From assembly GCF_004010195.1 (NCBI RefSeq), contig NC_057753.1:12294842-12358841 (forward strand): a stretch of DNA of 64,000 nt, written 5' to 3'. Under the pieces are notes generated by a model. The model did no database searches. It was not told the origin of the DNA and worked only from the letters and a program-made list of their open reading frames with translations. Origin of the DNA: Chiloscyllium plagiosum. Taxonomy: Eukaryota. This document shows, piece by piece, positions 1 through 13,545 of this stretch. The translations under genes were made by a program, and so were the position numbers. Each line of letters starts with the position of its first letter. The first letter of the stretch is position 1.

Positions 1-444
1 GACGAATAAGCATTTCAGGTGGAATCACCTTCTGTTCAAATACATCATCTTTTCCCTGCAAAAGTGTTTGGGCTTATTTTTTACTTTATTGTTACTGCTG
101 TAGCTATCTTAACTGGTGCGTTGAAAAATATTTGCCAGTTCAGTTCACAGGTGTTTCATTCATGACATGGAATCAGAGCACAGAAATGTCCATAAATTGA
201 AGTGAATTGAAGGAAACAGTTTTATCCCTCCTGAACTTATCCTCAAACCAAATGGCATGCATCAGCTGAATGTCTGAGGCGAATGGCTCATGGACCGAGC
301 CCAGCAGATTGAATTCAAATTTGATTTGATAGACACTGGAAAAATTAACGTTTTCACATTCCTTTACAAGTCTCAGTGGAGAACTGATCACCATAGAAGC
401 CAATGAAAGTACACTTAAGCAAATTAAATTGTTCGTTATAGAAC

Positions 445-908
445 ATGTTGTCTTTAATACATTTCTGCATAATTCTCAAACTAAGTATCGCAGTTCTCTG
501 ACTGATTCTGGGTGGGAAAGTTACAGTGATATGTCAATGTTTAACGTAATACCCTTCTATGATTTTAGAGACCATTGGCGAGGAGACTCTGTTCCACAGG
601 CGCCGGGGGAGACCTCAGTAAATGTAGGAGATGATAATCAATTGTTCTGTAATTGCTCTAATGCAATCAATGATGTACTTTACCTGTGCTGGTATATTCA
701 ATATTCAAGTAGATGTTTTGGGACAAAGCAACACATAGTGTGGAATACAGAAGAATTTCAAGAACAAAACCTTTTTCACTGAAGTTCAATGAATCTAATC
801 GAACTGTGCTTCTAACCTGTAAATCAGCACAGCTGACAGACTTGTCACGTATTACTGCACACTACGAGCCACATAACTACAGGATCGTAGAGAACTTGTA
901 CACAAACT
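445..908 (+). pseudogene. TCR alpha/delta V pseudogene (leader 445-484, V exon ~571-869, 23-RSS 870-908)
   Basis: Leader-like MLSLIHFCIILKL ending at a GT. V exon reads GDSVPQAPGETSVNVGDDNQLFC..LYLCWYIQ, then after frameshifts FSLKFNESNRTVLLTCKSAQLTD and YYCTLR. RSS is CACATAA-23 nt-ACACAAACT. Confidence 0.85.
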
Positions 909-1859
909 GCCAGACTATTGCATGACATGTCAGCGCATGTACGGGTTGAGGTGTTGACAGGAGGTTGGTTAGCCGTGAATTCCACGTTCGTGACGATATC
1001 ATGTACTCCTAATTCAGATAAAGTAATTGTTTAGTTCTGCATTAGTATGCATTTATGCTTTTCTATTTTTTCAAAACAACAAAATGTGCAAATGTAGTCA
1101 TCATCGTGAACAACTAAAAATGAGGAGCCAACTGCAATTTACGTAAGGAAATGTTGGAGTGGAAATACAGACAGGCTTGATTTCTCTGCCAAGGGATCAC
1201 TGGCACCAGTAAAAGGGCAATAAGATCAAAATGAATGTTTGTGCAGCAGTCCACCATTTATAGTTGTTTATTGAACAGGTCCGAAAGGCAGAAAAAAACC
1301 TGCAAGCATTGGCTGTGAAAATCAATACAACAATTGGATCTGGAACAGAAGTAAGCCTTAGGCCCATGTATTCTGCTCTTCAATTCCAGTGAGATTATAG
1401 TTTATCTGAAAATCCTCAACTCTACTTTTGTAACTTTTCTGCATAATCCTTAATTACTTAGTGATTACAACTTTGTCTGCCTCAGCCTTTTAAAGTGTGA
1501 ACGACACGGCCTTTACCGCCCTTTGCAGTACTTAATTCTGCCTGAGAGAATACGTTTCTCGTTGTCTCTGATCAAGCTGGCTGTCCCTTTACTCTGAGGT
1601 TGTACCTTGTGATCCTCGACTCTCCCCCTCCAAAAGTGTAAATAACGTTTATGCTTCTACCCTATCAAGCACACGAAGAATTTACTATTTTTCAATCAAA
1701 TCGCATCTCATACCTGTAAACTCCATTGAAATCAGTTCCAATCAATATCTTCTCATAAGACATATCTGTGATCAACTTTGTGAAACCTGTCTTAATGCAT
1801 CAATTGCCCATATGTCTTTGGAAAGATTGCAGCAGCTGTCCCGGAAATGGAAACAGGAA

Positions 1860-2160
1860 ATGTGAAGTCAGGTGTGGTGCTGCAGATAGAAGCATACTGC
1901 CACATTTACTTTCATGGCACGGAGACAACGGGGTACCAACCTGTTCATAATGTCGACAGATTAAATTCCAGACGTTTGTCTTTTCTCGTTTCTCCTTATC
2001 CTAGTACCTGCACGATTCCTGCTGCGATTGCAGTTTGTACGAATGCACCATGTACAAACTGGATATTCCTTAACTGCAGTTAGTCTGTACTGATTCCCAG
2101 GCAGATCTGTTTGGAAAGCGAGAGAAGAGAGGACATCTTCTGAGAGACTCGGACTATGAA
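1860..2160 (-). pseudogene. Highly decayed V-segment relic
   Basis: Minus-strand frames give SEDVLSSLAFQTDLPG / ESVQTNCS*GISSLYMVHSYKLQ, resembling FR1-Cys-CDR1-WYxQ. A decayed leader with a GTAAGT donor lies near 2545-2595. No clear RSS. Confidence 0.35.
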
Positions 2161-2199
2161 GAATCAAATAATGCAACACCCAAACATTGTACATATGAA

Positions 2200-2475
2200 A
2201 CCACATGCTTATGCACACACAGACAAACAATCAGACATATAGGCATGCATGTATAGATATGCACACAAATACACGTGAAAACAAACACACTCACAGAGAC
2301 TACAAATTCAAGCATGCATGCACAATCACAGACATATCGATGCACATGCAGAGAGTCATGCACGGATACACACATCCACAGGCACACACATAGAGACTCA
2401 GTCTCACAGAAACATACAATTACAGGCATGCATGCACACGCACGGATGCATACACGCAGACATGAAGACACAGAG
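2200..2475. repeat. Degenerate (CA)n / CATG-rich low-complexity tract
   Basis: Runs of cacaca/gcatgc; these produce the spurious H/T- and C/V-rich ORFs in the track. Confidence 0.85.
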
Positions 2476-3040
2476 TCTCTGAACTTACTGAGCACAGCTC
2501 CTGTACCTTTGTGTTAGCAATGATAAAAAGAAAATGAGAAAATGCACTTACGCTGAATAAGTTAGATTTTCATTAACATTCCTTCGTCTTCATATCGTGG
2601 GTTTTGGAAGAGAAAACCCAGTTTCATTGTACAAGTTTATGTTCTAAAATGCATTACCATTTTCCCCTGTTAATTGAACATGTTTTCTTTCGTCAATAAG
2701 TTTAGTCTGCAATGACCACAGAGAGATATGAAGGAAAATTGAAAGTGGTCAATGCAAGTGCCGCTACTTAGAACGAACTGGAATCAGGGAATGCATAGTT
2801 TGAGGATAGAAGTGCCAGTTTAGTCTCGAGACAGTGTACTGCGAACTGAGCTTATTCCAAATAATTGGAATTACCCAATTAAATATCACTCAATTTTAAA
2901 TACATTTTCGCAATTACAATTAAGGATCCATTAGAAAAGAGATTTAAGGCAGTTATTTTCAAGAATTAGCTAGAAGTTGATGAACGGGCTGGAAGAGCTG
3001 CTCATAAATTAGTTTCATAGTGTCTGGACTGTCCTCAGTT

Positions 3041-3335
3041 CCGCCCTCAGGCGTCTGTCTGTGTTGAGTTTGTACATTCTCCCCCTGTCTGCGTGGGTTT
3101 CCTCCAGGTGCTCTGGTTTTCTACCACAGTCCTAAGATGGATGTTTGCTGGATTGGCCGTGCTAAATTGCTCAATGTGAACCGGGAAATGTAGGTTTGGT
3201 GGATTAGATACAGGGAATACATGCTGACAGGGACAGGATCGGGAATCTGTCGAGGTGGGATGCTCTTCAGAGGGTCACTGCTGACTCGAAGGGCCGAATG
3301 GCTTGCTCCCCTCATTGTAAGACGTCTATGATTCT
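3041..3335 (+). mobile_element. HE1-like tRNA-derived SINE, 5'-truncated
   Basis: Core 'ttctcccc(g)tgtctgcgtgggtttcctcc(g)ggtgctc(c)ggtttcc' shared with the copy at 18106-18428. Confidence 0.85.
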
Positions 3336-3810
3336 ATGAACAGTGATTAATGGATGCAAGAAGACGAAGAACAAAGTTGACTCCACTGGTACCAAACCAC
3401 AAACCAGACTGAACGTAAGAAAAACTGGTCAGAAAAGTAGCAAGAAGCTCACAATAAACATAGGCAGAAATTTCGGAATTCTGAAGAGAGCGGGTTGAGG
3501 CTTTATCGAAATACAAAGTTCAGATCCATTTTCTCTCCGTGCCCAGACATTGTTTCAACGTTATGCTGCATCACTTTAATGGTTGGAATACAATATAAAA
3601 TAAGTTTGTCAGATTTTCTGATCAGATTGTTACATAATGTTGACAAAGAATTTGATCTTAAAGTTATAGATGAAATCTTTCCAATCTGTCACACTTGCAT
3701 TTTCTGTCATTTGGACTAATTTTAAATCGGCACAAGCTGCTGAAAGTTTAGTAAATCCACACGTCTATTCACTCAGCCCCAATCCATTCACTTCGTCCGA
3801 ATGATAGCAG

Positions 3811-3849
3811 TATTTTTGTACGATTCTCCCTCTGTTTCCTGTCACCGTG
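3811..3849 (-). other. 23-spacer recombination signal sequence of the V at 3850-4156
   Basis: CACGGTG-acaggaaacagagggagaatcgt (23)-ACAAAAATA. Confidence 0.92.
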
Positions 3850-4378
3850 TCTCTCAGCCCGCAGTAATACACAGCGCTGTCAGACAGTTGCAGCTCATCG
3901 ACGGTGAAATTTCCCTCGCTTTTAGAAGTGTCCAGAACTGCAGAAAAGCGATCACCAACGCCTTCTGCTTTGAAATCGTCTCCTGACTTTGGGATGTAAA
4001 TCAAGAATGTGGGAGATTGTCCACCATCCTGACGGTATAGTTGCAGAGAATAGAAAGCAGCAGAGATCGAATACTTGAAGTGAATTGTCGCCGAGTTTCC
4101 TTTCATCTGTGTTTCTGCAACTGGCTCCTGTGAGACCCAATCCATACAATGAACACCTGCAGGAATTTATATCCGAAAATTCTTATGTTGTTACTGTTAA
4201 ATTTCACAATCAATGTTACGGAGCCTGTTTCAAATGGAGCTAGTGCGCAATTAAAGAACAATATGCCATTGTCATCTGAAAATGTGCTTTCGCATAATGT
4301 GCTTTCACACATTTTGGGAAACTTACCAGTAAGGAGAGCTGCAGCAGTGAAGAACGAGTCACTAATAATGATGGACAT
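3850..4378 (-). CDS. TCR alpha/delta V gene segment, open frame but non-canonical (Phe at Cys23, Leu at Trp41); leader exon 4378-4327, V exon 4156-3850
   Basis: Leader MSIIISDSFFTAAALLT + G|GTAAGT (phase 1). Acceptor CTGCAG| then GVHCMDWVSQEPVAETQMKGNSATIHFKYSISAAFYSLQLYRQ...DSAVYYCGLR with no stops. Confidence 0.9.
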
Positions 4379-4478
4379 GCTTTCAGAGCTGGTGGTAGGT
4401 TTGAACATAAGGAGCTAAGATGAGTGTTTCAGCTCAGAGTTTAGATGAGGAGTCACATCGGTCGTGCTGCACGGCTAC

Positions 4479-4486
4479 TGGCGTCA
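4479..4486 (-). promoter_or_regulatory. CRE-like element ~100 nt upstream of the V leader ATG
   Basis: TGACGCCA (one mismatch to TGACGTCA). CRE-like motifs are typical of TCR V promoters. Confidence 0.35.
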
Positions 4487-5024
4487 CAGTTGACACCCAC
4501 TCAAATTTCCGCTGTTTTGTCTCACAATCCATGAGGTCTGGGTAAGGAACGGGTAATGAGCTGAAATTGTTCTCACCACAATGAATGGCACAGAACAACG
4601 TTTATCAGAACTCTCTGCATTGATCATATTATGCAATCATCTATCATAATTATTCTTAAACCAAATCGGGGCCGAGGATCGACCACTGAGTGAAGCAACA
4701 TTACCAAGACATGAATTAAAGTGATTTTTTCTTCGTTTAACAGAGTGAATCTTTTGAGAAGAGGCAATGATTGGTAACATTTAATGTTATGTTGAAGATG
4801 GTGGCACAGGTTACCTGTTACAAATGCTTGTCAGTGATCATGAAGAATACTGATATAAGAAGGGATTTTTCTTTTAACAGAATGTCATAGATTCAGTACC
4901 AGTGAAAACGATCATTAGGTCAAGGTGGTCTTAATATGAGGTTTCAATTATGTTGGTAGTTCACAATTTGAATTTCAGATCTGATACACTGAGCAAAGCT
5001 GACCAATCCTGCTGCTCGTACATA

Positions 5025-5345
5025 CTCACTATGCTGGTGGGGCCCAGTGTACGGCAATTCTGTTGAGCCAGAGATATGAGATCCAGCGACATTTAAGGGG
5101 AACATTTTCTTCTCTTGGTCCAATTAAATTCATCAGAGAATTCTGAATATGTCTTCCCCCATGACTCGGACTATATCTCTTCAGTAAACATCATGAAGAT
5201 TCCCCACGAGAGCCAATTGTGGAAAAAGAGATTCTGATCCGCACATTTTGCAATGTCATTATAGATCCGTTTTCAGGTCCATCCCTCCTTAGTCGTTAAT
5301 TCTGGCGGCTTTTAGGAGACTGAATGTAGGCCATTCGTTCCTTGA
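5025..5345 (-). pseudogene. Highly decayed TCR V relic
   Basis: Minus frames: SVS*KPPELTTKEG...ADQNLF..., LDQEKKMFPLNVAGSHISGS, followed by a CATAGTG heptamer-like motif. No nonamer. Confidence 0.45.
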
Positions 5346-6745
5346 AGAACATGCAGAATGTCTGAAAAATATTTTTTGCGAATCTCAATGGAGAATTACA
5401 CACTGATGGCTTTAGTTCACCGAACAGCATGATCATCATTACGAGTAACACACGGAGAGTACACATGATTCCAGTTTCCCTTGTAAGCAGTTCACCTTTA
5501 CAAATAGTTTGACTCTTCTAGTCTTCAGTTAAGGATGTAAATCGAATCAGAGTCAGTTTCGAATTTGGAGAAGAAAACACATTTCTCTATTCTGATTGTC
5601 TGTTCTCTCTGACCTGGCAACTAATGTGCACCAAAGGTTCACTCGCTGATGAGTAAACACAGCTGATTTTATCCAACCACTTTCTGCTGTTTCCAATTGC
5701 TATCCGTACGCGTCTCCTTCCCTTATTTCTTCTTCTTACTTTTCTGAGTCTTCCTCACTTAAATTTTCTTTCCTTCGATATCAATAGTTCTAACAAGCGA
5801 CAAATGCATTACTCTTATTAATTAAGGTGAACCGATAAGTACCATAAAATCTGCCTCATTTTCAATTCAGGAGGAATGTCCTCCAATTTATTCACGCCAT
5901 CAATTGTTTCTCAGTGGAATCCCATGCTTATTATAAGTTGCCGCACATTTCCAAATAGCAATTTTTATTTTTTAAGCTTTTATGGACTATGTGTGCTACT
6001 GCAAATACAAGCACTTGATGTGCATCCCTAATCCTAAATTCTATTGAACTATGTTGCTATGTTCACCATTTCAGAAGGCAGTTTCGAGTCACACACATGT
6101 GACTGGAGTGACATGCGTGCCATTCCAGATAAGGAGGTATCTTCCTTCCCCATCGGTCAGAATTGGAACATTCTTGTATTTTACAACAATCAGTAATAGT
6201 TATCATGGTCACCATTCTTGGACTGTCTTTTGCATTCTAGAATTGCGATTTGAATTAAATTTCCAACAGCTGCCCTTGTGAGATTTGAACTCTGGACAAG
6301 CTGGTGCTTTGTCCCATTGGCGTCCTTTTTCTCTGATTAAAATACTGATTTCAACCATCACAATTTTACTCAAAAAACGTGACAATTCAAAGCGCTTGAG
6401 GCTGCGTTTTTACTTAGTTCACTTTTAACAGTAGGTTGCTGAAAGAGGTGAACCACATCTAACACCTAAACATTGCATTCATTAAGGGGAATAACGTTTG
6501 TGAATATTTTTAATGTTTGGATCTCATCATTCTTGATAAAGAAGGAAGAGAAACCTTACGGATTATGTGGGAATATGGGGGATCAGATCAATCATGATTT
6601 TACTGAATAACCGAGCAGCATGGAGGGGTTGAAGGGACGAGAGTTTGCTCTCGTGTCTATATGCATTTATGATTCCCTGCACAGGTCCTTACGGATTCAA
6701 TCACTTGCATTTCCTTGACCTTACCTTTTATTATGACAAACATTC

Positions 6746-7082
6746 AGTTTTTGTGTGAGACTTGGAGTCATTGCAAATTCACCGACGATCTCAGTGAACA
6801 GTTATACCGGGCGCTGTCTGTCGCCCTCAACATATTCATAAACAGCTGAAAAGTACGTAGTCCCGGATTGAGATTCCCACTGAAATGTTCAAAACTTCAG
6901 TTATATCCATAACGACTGGCTCTGAACAGATAGTGAGTGACTTGTCATGAATATCGACAATAGCAGTGTAGTCCATACTGTACAGCCGTATTTGATACTG
7001 GGTAACTGTGACCTATCACCGATTTTTCACTCATTACTGCTTTGGCCCTTGTTCTGACTGGGACACAGTATATATTACCCAT
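6746..7082 (-). pseudogene. TCR V pseudogene with decayed RSS
   Basis: TVSQSEQ...QYGLHCYCRYS*QVTHYLFR...FSGNLNPGLRTFQLFMNMLRATDSARYNCSLR with several stops. Nonamer ACAAAAACT at 6754-6746; heptamer mutated. Confidence 0.75.
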
Positions 7083-7112
7083 CTTTAAAAGTACTCAGCT
7101 AACGCCCAGTTA

Positions 7113-7445
7113 ATCATAGAATACCTACAATGTGGAAACTGGCCCAACAAGTCCACAATGACCATTCGACGAGTTACCCACCTAGAACCATTCCCCACAT
7201 TTAGCCCTTACTAACGTAGCTAACCTATACATCAACGAACATTATGGGCAAATTAGCATGGTCAATTCAACTAATATACAAATCTCTGAATTGTGTGAGG
7301 AGACCAGAGCACCGAGAGGGGCCCTACGCAGACGGGGGGGTGAATGTGAAAACGCCAGACAGACAGGCACTCAAGGCTAGGACCGAACACGGGTCCCTGT
7401 TGTTCTGAGGTAACTAAGCTAATCGTTGAGCCACCATGCCACCTG
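7113..7445 (-). mobile_element. HE1-like SINE (diverged)
   Basis: Reverse complement of the SINE head (ggtggcatggtggctca) and body. Confidence 0.75.
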
Positions 7446-8077
7446 CTGTAGTGCTCGCTAACTAGGAGGAAGGGAAGATAGTTAATCACATGGAAGTGGC
7501 AACGGGAAATGTGCACAAGGATATTTAAGATTTAAGTAAAGCAGACCTTTTAACAGGGAGATGACCAGAGTCAGACAGAGATTAATGTTCATGGTACTCA
7601 TCTCGACACTATGAACAGAAACAGAAAGAGCGATTACCTTCTGTCACCTGGAGGTGAAGAGTTTAAATCAGAAGTGGGATATTATTTGATCGACTTGAAC
7701 TCAATTGCTCCACCGACGTTGAATTTTCACACAGTCACTTGAAGAAGAGGCTGCTGATCTGTATTACGTTTTCAGATAGCGCCTACCCGTGGTCGCAATG
7801 AAATGAATGAGATGCCAGAGTCTGCAAACTGGACTGACCAGAGCAGGAAGTGGGATGGTAGGGAATATTGTTTCCATCACATCATTCGTCTCTTCTTACT
7901 TTTAATCTCACGTTTTTTTCTTATGGAAATAATAGAGGCAAGTTCCTGATGGACATGGGTGAGTTGGGCCCGGAGGCCTGAGGTTTGGGGCTAACAAAGT
8001 GCATGGCATGTGAGAAAATCGCTGTCATTGGCGGAGTGAGTTGCTGTGCACTGGTTATGAAATACATTGTTTGAATC

Positions 8078-8362
8078 ATAGGATCCTTACAGTGTGAAAG
8101 CAGACCATGCTGCCCATTGAGTCTACACTGATCCTCTGAAACAGCAGCCCATATGCAATAATGAATCTACATTCCTCATGGGTAACCCACAGAGCCTGCT
8201 CATCCTTGGACTGTGGAAAGAAACTGATATACTCGGAGGAACCCCAAACAGACATGGTGAGAAGGGGAAAACCCCACGAAGGGAGTCGTCAGAGAGTGGA
8301 ATCGAATGGAGGGTTATGGCATCATGAGGCAGCAGTGCTAACCACTGAGCCACCGTGGCGCC
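8078..8362 (-). mobile_element. HE1-like SINE (diverged)
   Basis: 'gaggcagcagtgctaaccactgagccaccgtg' is the reverse complement of the SINE 5' tRNA-like head. Confidence 0.8.
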
Positions 8363-9559
8363 CTAGTCTACGAATTATAAAAAGGAGTCATTTATTTGAC
8401 AAAATAAATGGAGCTACAGAAGAAAATTAATAGATTTTATTAATCCTTTTAAAAATGAAGGCTATATATAGAGTTTCGTAAAGCAATCTGATACAGCTAT
8501 TCAGAAGAAAAGTTAAATCATTCACTTGAATGGAAATATACAGCTCAGTTGTGATTGGTTCCAAGATTAATAGCTTCTGAATTTTAACCGAGCTGAATTT
8601 TAAGATCAGATTGCACATCTTCAAATGTCTTCAGTGAAATTTGCATAATCTTTTCTTACCTCATGTACCTTGCTGTGACCTTTGTACATCAAGTGTGTCT
8701 CATTCTGGTGGCAACTAATTAAAAGTTCTATCCATCCGGCTCGGCCCGAACACGAGAACATTACCTTCATTAAGCATGATTATGCCATCAGAAACATATT
8801 CCAGTTGTATTTCTCTTTTAATTTCAATGAAGCTTTTGATATTTCATGCAAACATTTTTAAAACTTTCTGACGGTCTTCAAATGTAACATTACAATCTTC
8901 AACTGCAACACTCTTTATTTTCCAAACTCTTTGTTAATTGATGTGAACTTGAACAAATATGTTGGCTTTGTGGAAGAGCCTATGTGCTGTGCGACGCCAG
9001 TAGCACTTAAATCAGTTAGTGATTGATTCACTTTGTGCCTCGTGCATGTGCGGGAATATTGAGTGAGCAGGCAATGGATGTAGTTGGGTGCTACGTGGTT
9101 AATTCTCGATTTAGGAGGAGACGTTTTACACTTGTTGCTCTCAGCGTGTTCTGCGATTGCCATAAGAGAGAGACAATTTGAGTTGGAGTTGGAGTGACAT
9201 CTTCACCATTTGTTCTCTATATCAGGCGTCATACCTTCTGTATGGGAACTGACTATCCCTTTTCAAGCTGTTTGGATTCGCTGAGATCCAGCTTCTGGCT
9301 TCCAGTCTCACTGAACTAGTGGCGACACAAGCTAGTGAACTGACTGCGTGCTGGGAGACCTCAGTAAATTGCGACAGCGAGGTTTACAAATATCATGTTT
9401 CAATATCCAGCAGTCATTTGACAATGCAGTTCTTTTGTCAATTGACTTCTTTTGGACACACTGCACAGATGTTGGGATTAAAGTGGCAGTGGTTACATGC
9501 GTGGGAGACTGCATAAAGGTCCTTTATAGTATCTTGACACCGATAACACTCAGAATTCC

Positions 9560-10600
9560 GGGCAGAATTTATATTGATTGAAACCTCCACAGGTGTCGAG
9601 AATGAAGAAGAATTTGTGAAACTTCACTTCATAATGGGGCTTCAGAAACCTCATATATTCACCTGTTTAACTGTCTCGCGGCTACATTTATAGAAGCCAT
9701 TTTGTATCACTGTTTTTTCAGAAACATGGTGATCAAATGCATTCCCAGTGATGTGCAAAATTGTCAGCTGGCGATGCTATCTGTTGGGATGTTTGTGGAA
9801 TCGCAGGCAGACATACTCAATTCAAACTCAAACCATGAACAAATCAACTTAACCTCGAATCAAACAGTCAGCGAACTGCTTGTAGTGAAAGGTCAGAAAA
9901 TGAACTTCAATCTCCATTCCTTCTGAAGTGCAGGCCAACGTTCCGTTTAATTTCCCTGTTACCCACTGTGTCAACATTCCAACTTTATGAGATCGATGCA
10001 ATAGGAGCCACAATAATATCACCTCCTCCATCCCCGGAAATCTCTGCACGTTTCTGTAATCGTTATCAATTTGCATAATATTCACCTTTGCTGTTATTCC
10101 AGATGTAGTATTTCAGCTGCCAAGCTTTTGCCCTTTCACGCTATCTATTTCCGTCCACAGTCTCGTTGTGTCATCCTTACCACCTTTGTTCCAATTATTT
10201 TTCCATCAATTGCCAATTTGTCGACAGTAAATTCTCTTTCCTTATTCAAATCGTTGGTACATGTTCTGAATGGCTGACGCTCCAGCATTGATGTTTGTCG
10301 CACTGTAGCTCAGATTCGCATTCTGTCGGGGCACGCACTGACTTTATTCAAGCGTTTGTGTACGATTAGTTTAGACACCGTCTCTCCATGCTAATATCTG
10401 CCTCCAATACTTTGACTCTTATTTTAGTAAGTATTCTAATTTGTGGTACATTCTCAAACATGATCTGGAAATGCAAATACATTTTCGAGCCAGCGCTTTT
10501 AGCCATTCTGCTTGTTCTCTGCAAGAAGAATTCCACCAAATTTGCCAGGCAGGTTTTTCCACTTCATTTAGCTCTGCTAACACTGTATGATCATCTACTT
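9560..10600 (-). mobile_element. Old CR1-type LINE RT relic
   Basis: Minus-strand fragments such as GKLNGTLACTSEGME resemble the CR1 RT C-terminal KANGMLAFIARGIE. Confidence 0.55.
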
Positions 10601-12229
10601 GTTCCTAAATATTCTGGTGTTAAGTTCTTTTTAATATATTACAGCATTCTTGGAATCACAAAACTGAAGATCACATGGAAAATAAAGTGCATAAGGGCAT
10701 TTGAGGAATTAAACATGAGGACTGGTGAAGTGTTACAAGGATTCGTGGAATGCTTCATCAATCAGAATACTACATCAATCGGGTATAGAACAATAGTGGT
10801 ATAAGCATGCTAGTTAGGTAGTATAATTAGGTTAGGTGCCAACGGCAGCATAATCAGGTTAATCAAAGCACGTGACATGTAAGTCAATGTTAGCGTGATG
10901 TAATTGGGTCAACCTCGGGCTAAAGTCCATTGTGGCTGATGTAATAGTAAATATCTATCCGCAACGTAATAGAGAAATATTAAGGTTGGAGTAGGGAGAC
11001 CATTGTGGCACACGTAATAATAATTAATCATTATGTTATGAATTAAGTTTGAATCAGGAAAAAAATCATAGTGGAAGGAGTAGAGAGATAACATGAACTA
11101 ACACCATTGGTTTGTTGCATAACTGCAGAACGATATCGCTGACTAACACAATTGGATATGCTGATAAACTCGAAGAAAACATGGTAAAATAAGGTAAAAT
11201 AATGGACACCGAGGTTCGGGGGCAATTGAGAATTCGCTCCCTGGTTGTCACGGATTTTGTTTGCAAAGAAAATCATCTTCTTGTAGAACTCTCCACATCC
11301 CCTGGTAATTCTCTACGACAATCATTGACCAATGGCTACATTTGCTTTCTTCCCCCATTTTGAATAAAGATCTTGAAACTGAGTCCAGAAGAATATCATA
11401 AAATAACGTCAGATGCAGTTAGAGCTCACAGAAGCGATGTTCAGAGCTGCAACCATTTCGTAATATGTGAAGATGAGAATTAATACAATGTGCTCTGAGA
11501 AACATTTAATTGTTAATTCAGGGCAAATTGAAAAAAGCCTTTTAAAAGTATTCTACAGGGTTTTGTTCTCCGTGCTTTGTAGCTACAAATAGTCAATGCA
11601 CAGCATTTTAAAATTAAGATGCTAAATAGGTGCAGACATTTGTAAAATCTGTTTCTTCCATGTTCCTCATTTTTAAATAGACTGTTCAATTCACTTTTCC
11701 ATAACCTGACATATTTCGTTTCTTTAAAAAATATTTTTCATTTTTATTTCAGTTCTGCAGTATTTTTTTCCCCAGGAGTGACAGCAAAGAGTTCACATTG
11801 ACCTTATGTATGATGTGATGCTGCCATCAATTTAAGTGGCGCTGTGTTTTATTGCTCACTGATTGAAATCCTGGGAGTTTCAAACTGCAATTGTGAATTT
11901 TGGTCATCAGAGGGGGTACTGTATCACACGAATCATAAGACAGAGAAATCAGGATAGAGACTGTGACGCTCAATAATTGATTAACATCTTGCCAGACAAT
12001 TTATCTCCCACTGAAACTGCCATCTCTTTTTGTAAAAGATTTAAATAGATTTCAGGACGCTGCAGGCAAACATTTAGGAATTGGGAACTGATATCTCACC
12101 GGGCAATAAGTCAGACAGAAAAGCAACACACAGGGAAATATACAAACATGGAAACAAACTTACAGAGACACCAAAACAAATGTGGGCAGCAACAGAGGCA
12201 TTCAAATATAGGCATTTAAACTAGAATTT

Positions 12230-12720
12230 GAAAGTGCATGTTTTGAAGGAAATGTAGTGCTCAGCAATCGTGTGTTGAAGGGACAGCTAAGGCCTGGAAC
12301 ACATTAGAGAGCAAGAAGTACCTGTTGCATTAATTTGCATATATTTCAATGCAAGAGGGCTGACAGGTAAGGCCGATGAATTTAGGGGGTGAATGGGGCT
12401 GTGGGATGTAGGTATGGCAAAGGGAGTGTCATGACTGGAAGCTTAATGTGAAGAAGTACAAGTGTTTCAGGCGGGACGGAGGTGGTGGCAGAAGGAGAGT
12501 GGCAGTTTCATTTTTGATTCAGGTGAATATAACAGAGGTCATCAAAAATGGAATAACTGAAGGATCATTCAGTGAGACTTTGTGGGAGCAACTAAGGAAT
12601 AAGAATGGGATGATAACGTTATTTGGATTATAATATTGGCCATCAAATGTTCAGCAGGGATTGGAGGAACAGATATGAAGGGAGACTGTGGAGACTTGCA
12701 GAAGCAAGAAGGTTTTCACA
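12230..12720 (+). mobile_element. CR1 LINE endonuclease fragment
   Basis: YKCFRRDGGGGRRRVAVSFLI...LWEQLRNKNGMITLFG matches the CR1 APE domain. Confidence 0.75.
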
Positions 12721-12729
12721 GAGCTGAGA

Positions 12730-13545
12730 ACATAGATCACTACAGCACAGTGGAGGCTCTTCGGCACTCGAAGTTGTGCTGAACTTCAATCCAACTCCAA
12801 GATCAGACTAACGTACATAACCTTCATTGTGCTGTCTTCCATGTGCCTATTCAAGAGACGTTTAGATATTCCTAATATATTTAACTCTACTACCACTGCT
12901 GGCAGTGCATTCCACGTACCCACCACTCTCTTTCGAAAAAAAAACAACTCTGATATCTCCCCTAAACCTTCCTCGAATTACTTTAACATTATGCTCCGTC
13001 GTGGTAGACATTTCCACCATGGGCAAACAGTCTCTGTCTATCCACTCTATCTATGCCCCTCAACGTCTTGAATATCTCTATCAAGTCACCTTCCACCCAT
13101 TTTTGCTCCAATCAGAAACGCCCTAATTCCCTCAAACTTTCTTCATAAAACCTCGAGTGCAGAAAGCAACCTTTCAAATCTCTTCTGCACCCTCTCGAAA
13201 GCATCCACATTTTTCCAACATTGAGGCGACCACAACTGAACACCACATTCCACATGTGGTCTGACCAGAGCTCTATAAGACTGCAGCATCACCACGTGGC
13301 TCGTAAACACAATCCCACTTCTAATTGAAGCCAACACACCATACCCCCTCTTAACAACCCTGTAAACTTGATTAGCAACTTTGAGGGATCTATGGACATG
13401 GAAACCGAGAGTCCGAAATTCTACCACAGTACCAGCAATACTACCTTTTACCCTGTATTCTGCATTCAAATTCGACTTGCCAAGGGGAATGACTTCACAC
13501 TCTTCCAGGTTGAACTCCAGTAGCCAATTATCAGCCCAGTTCGGT
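12730..13545 (-). mobile_element. CR1 LINE 3' RT fragment
   Basis: ORF 13143-13664: WADNWLLEFNLEECEVI...YRALVRPHVECGVQLWSP...ERVQKRF, plus 3' UTR. Confidence 0.9.

Noticed and set aside
2154-2517. Overlapping C/V-rich and H/T-rich ORFs
   Set aside because: Translations of a degenerate CA repeat.
10388-10804. 138-aa hydrophobic ORF
   Set aside because: Antisense to an old CR1 relic; no domain or splice support.
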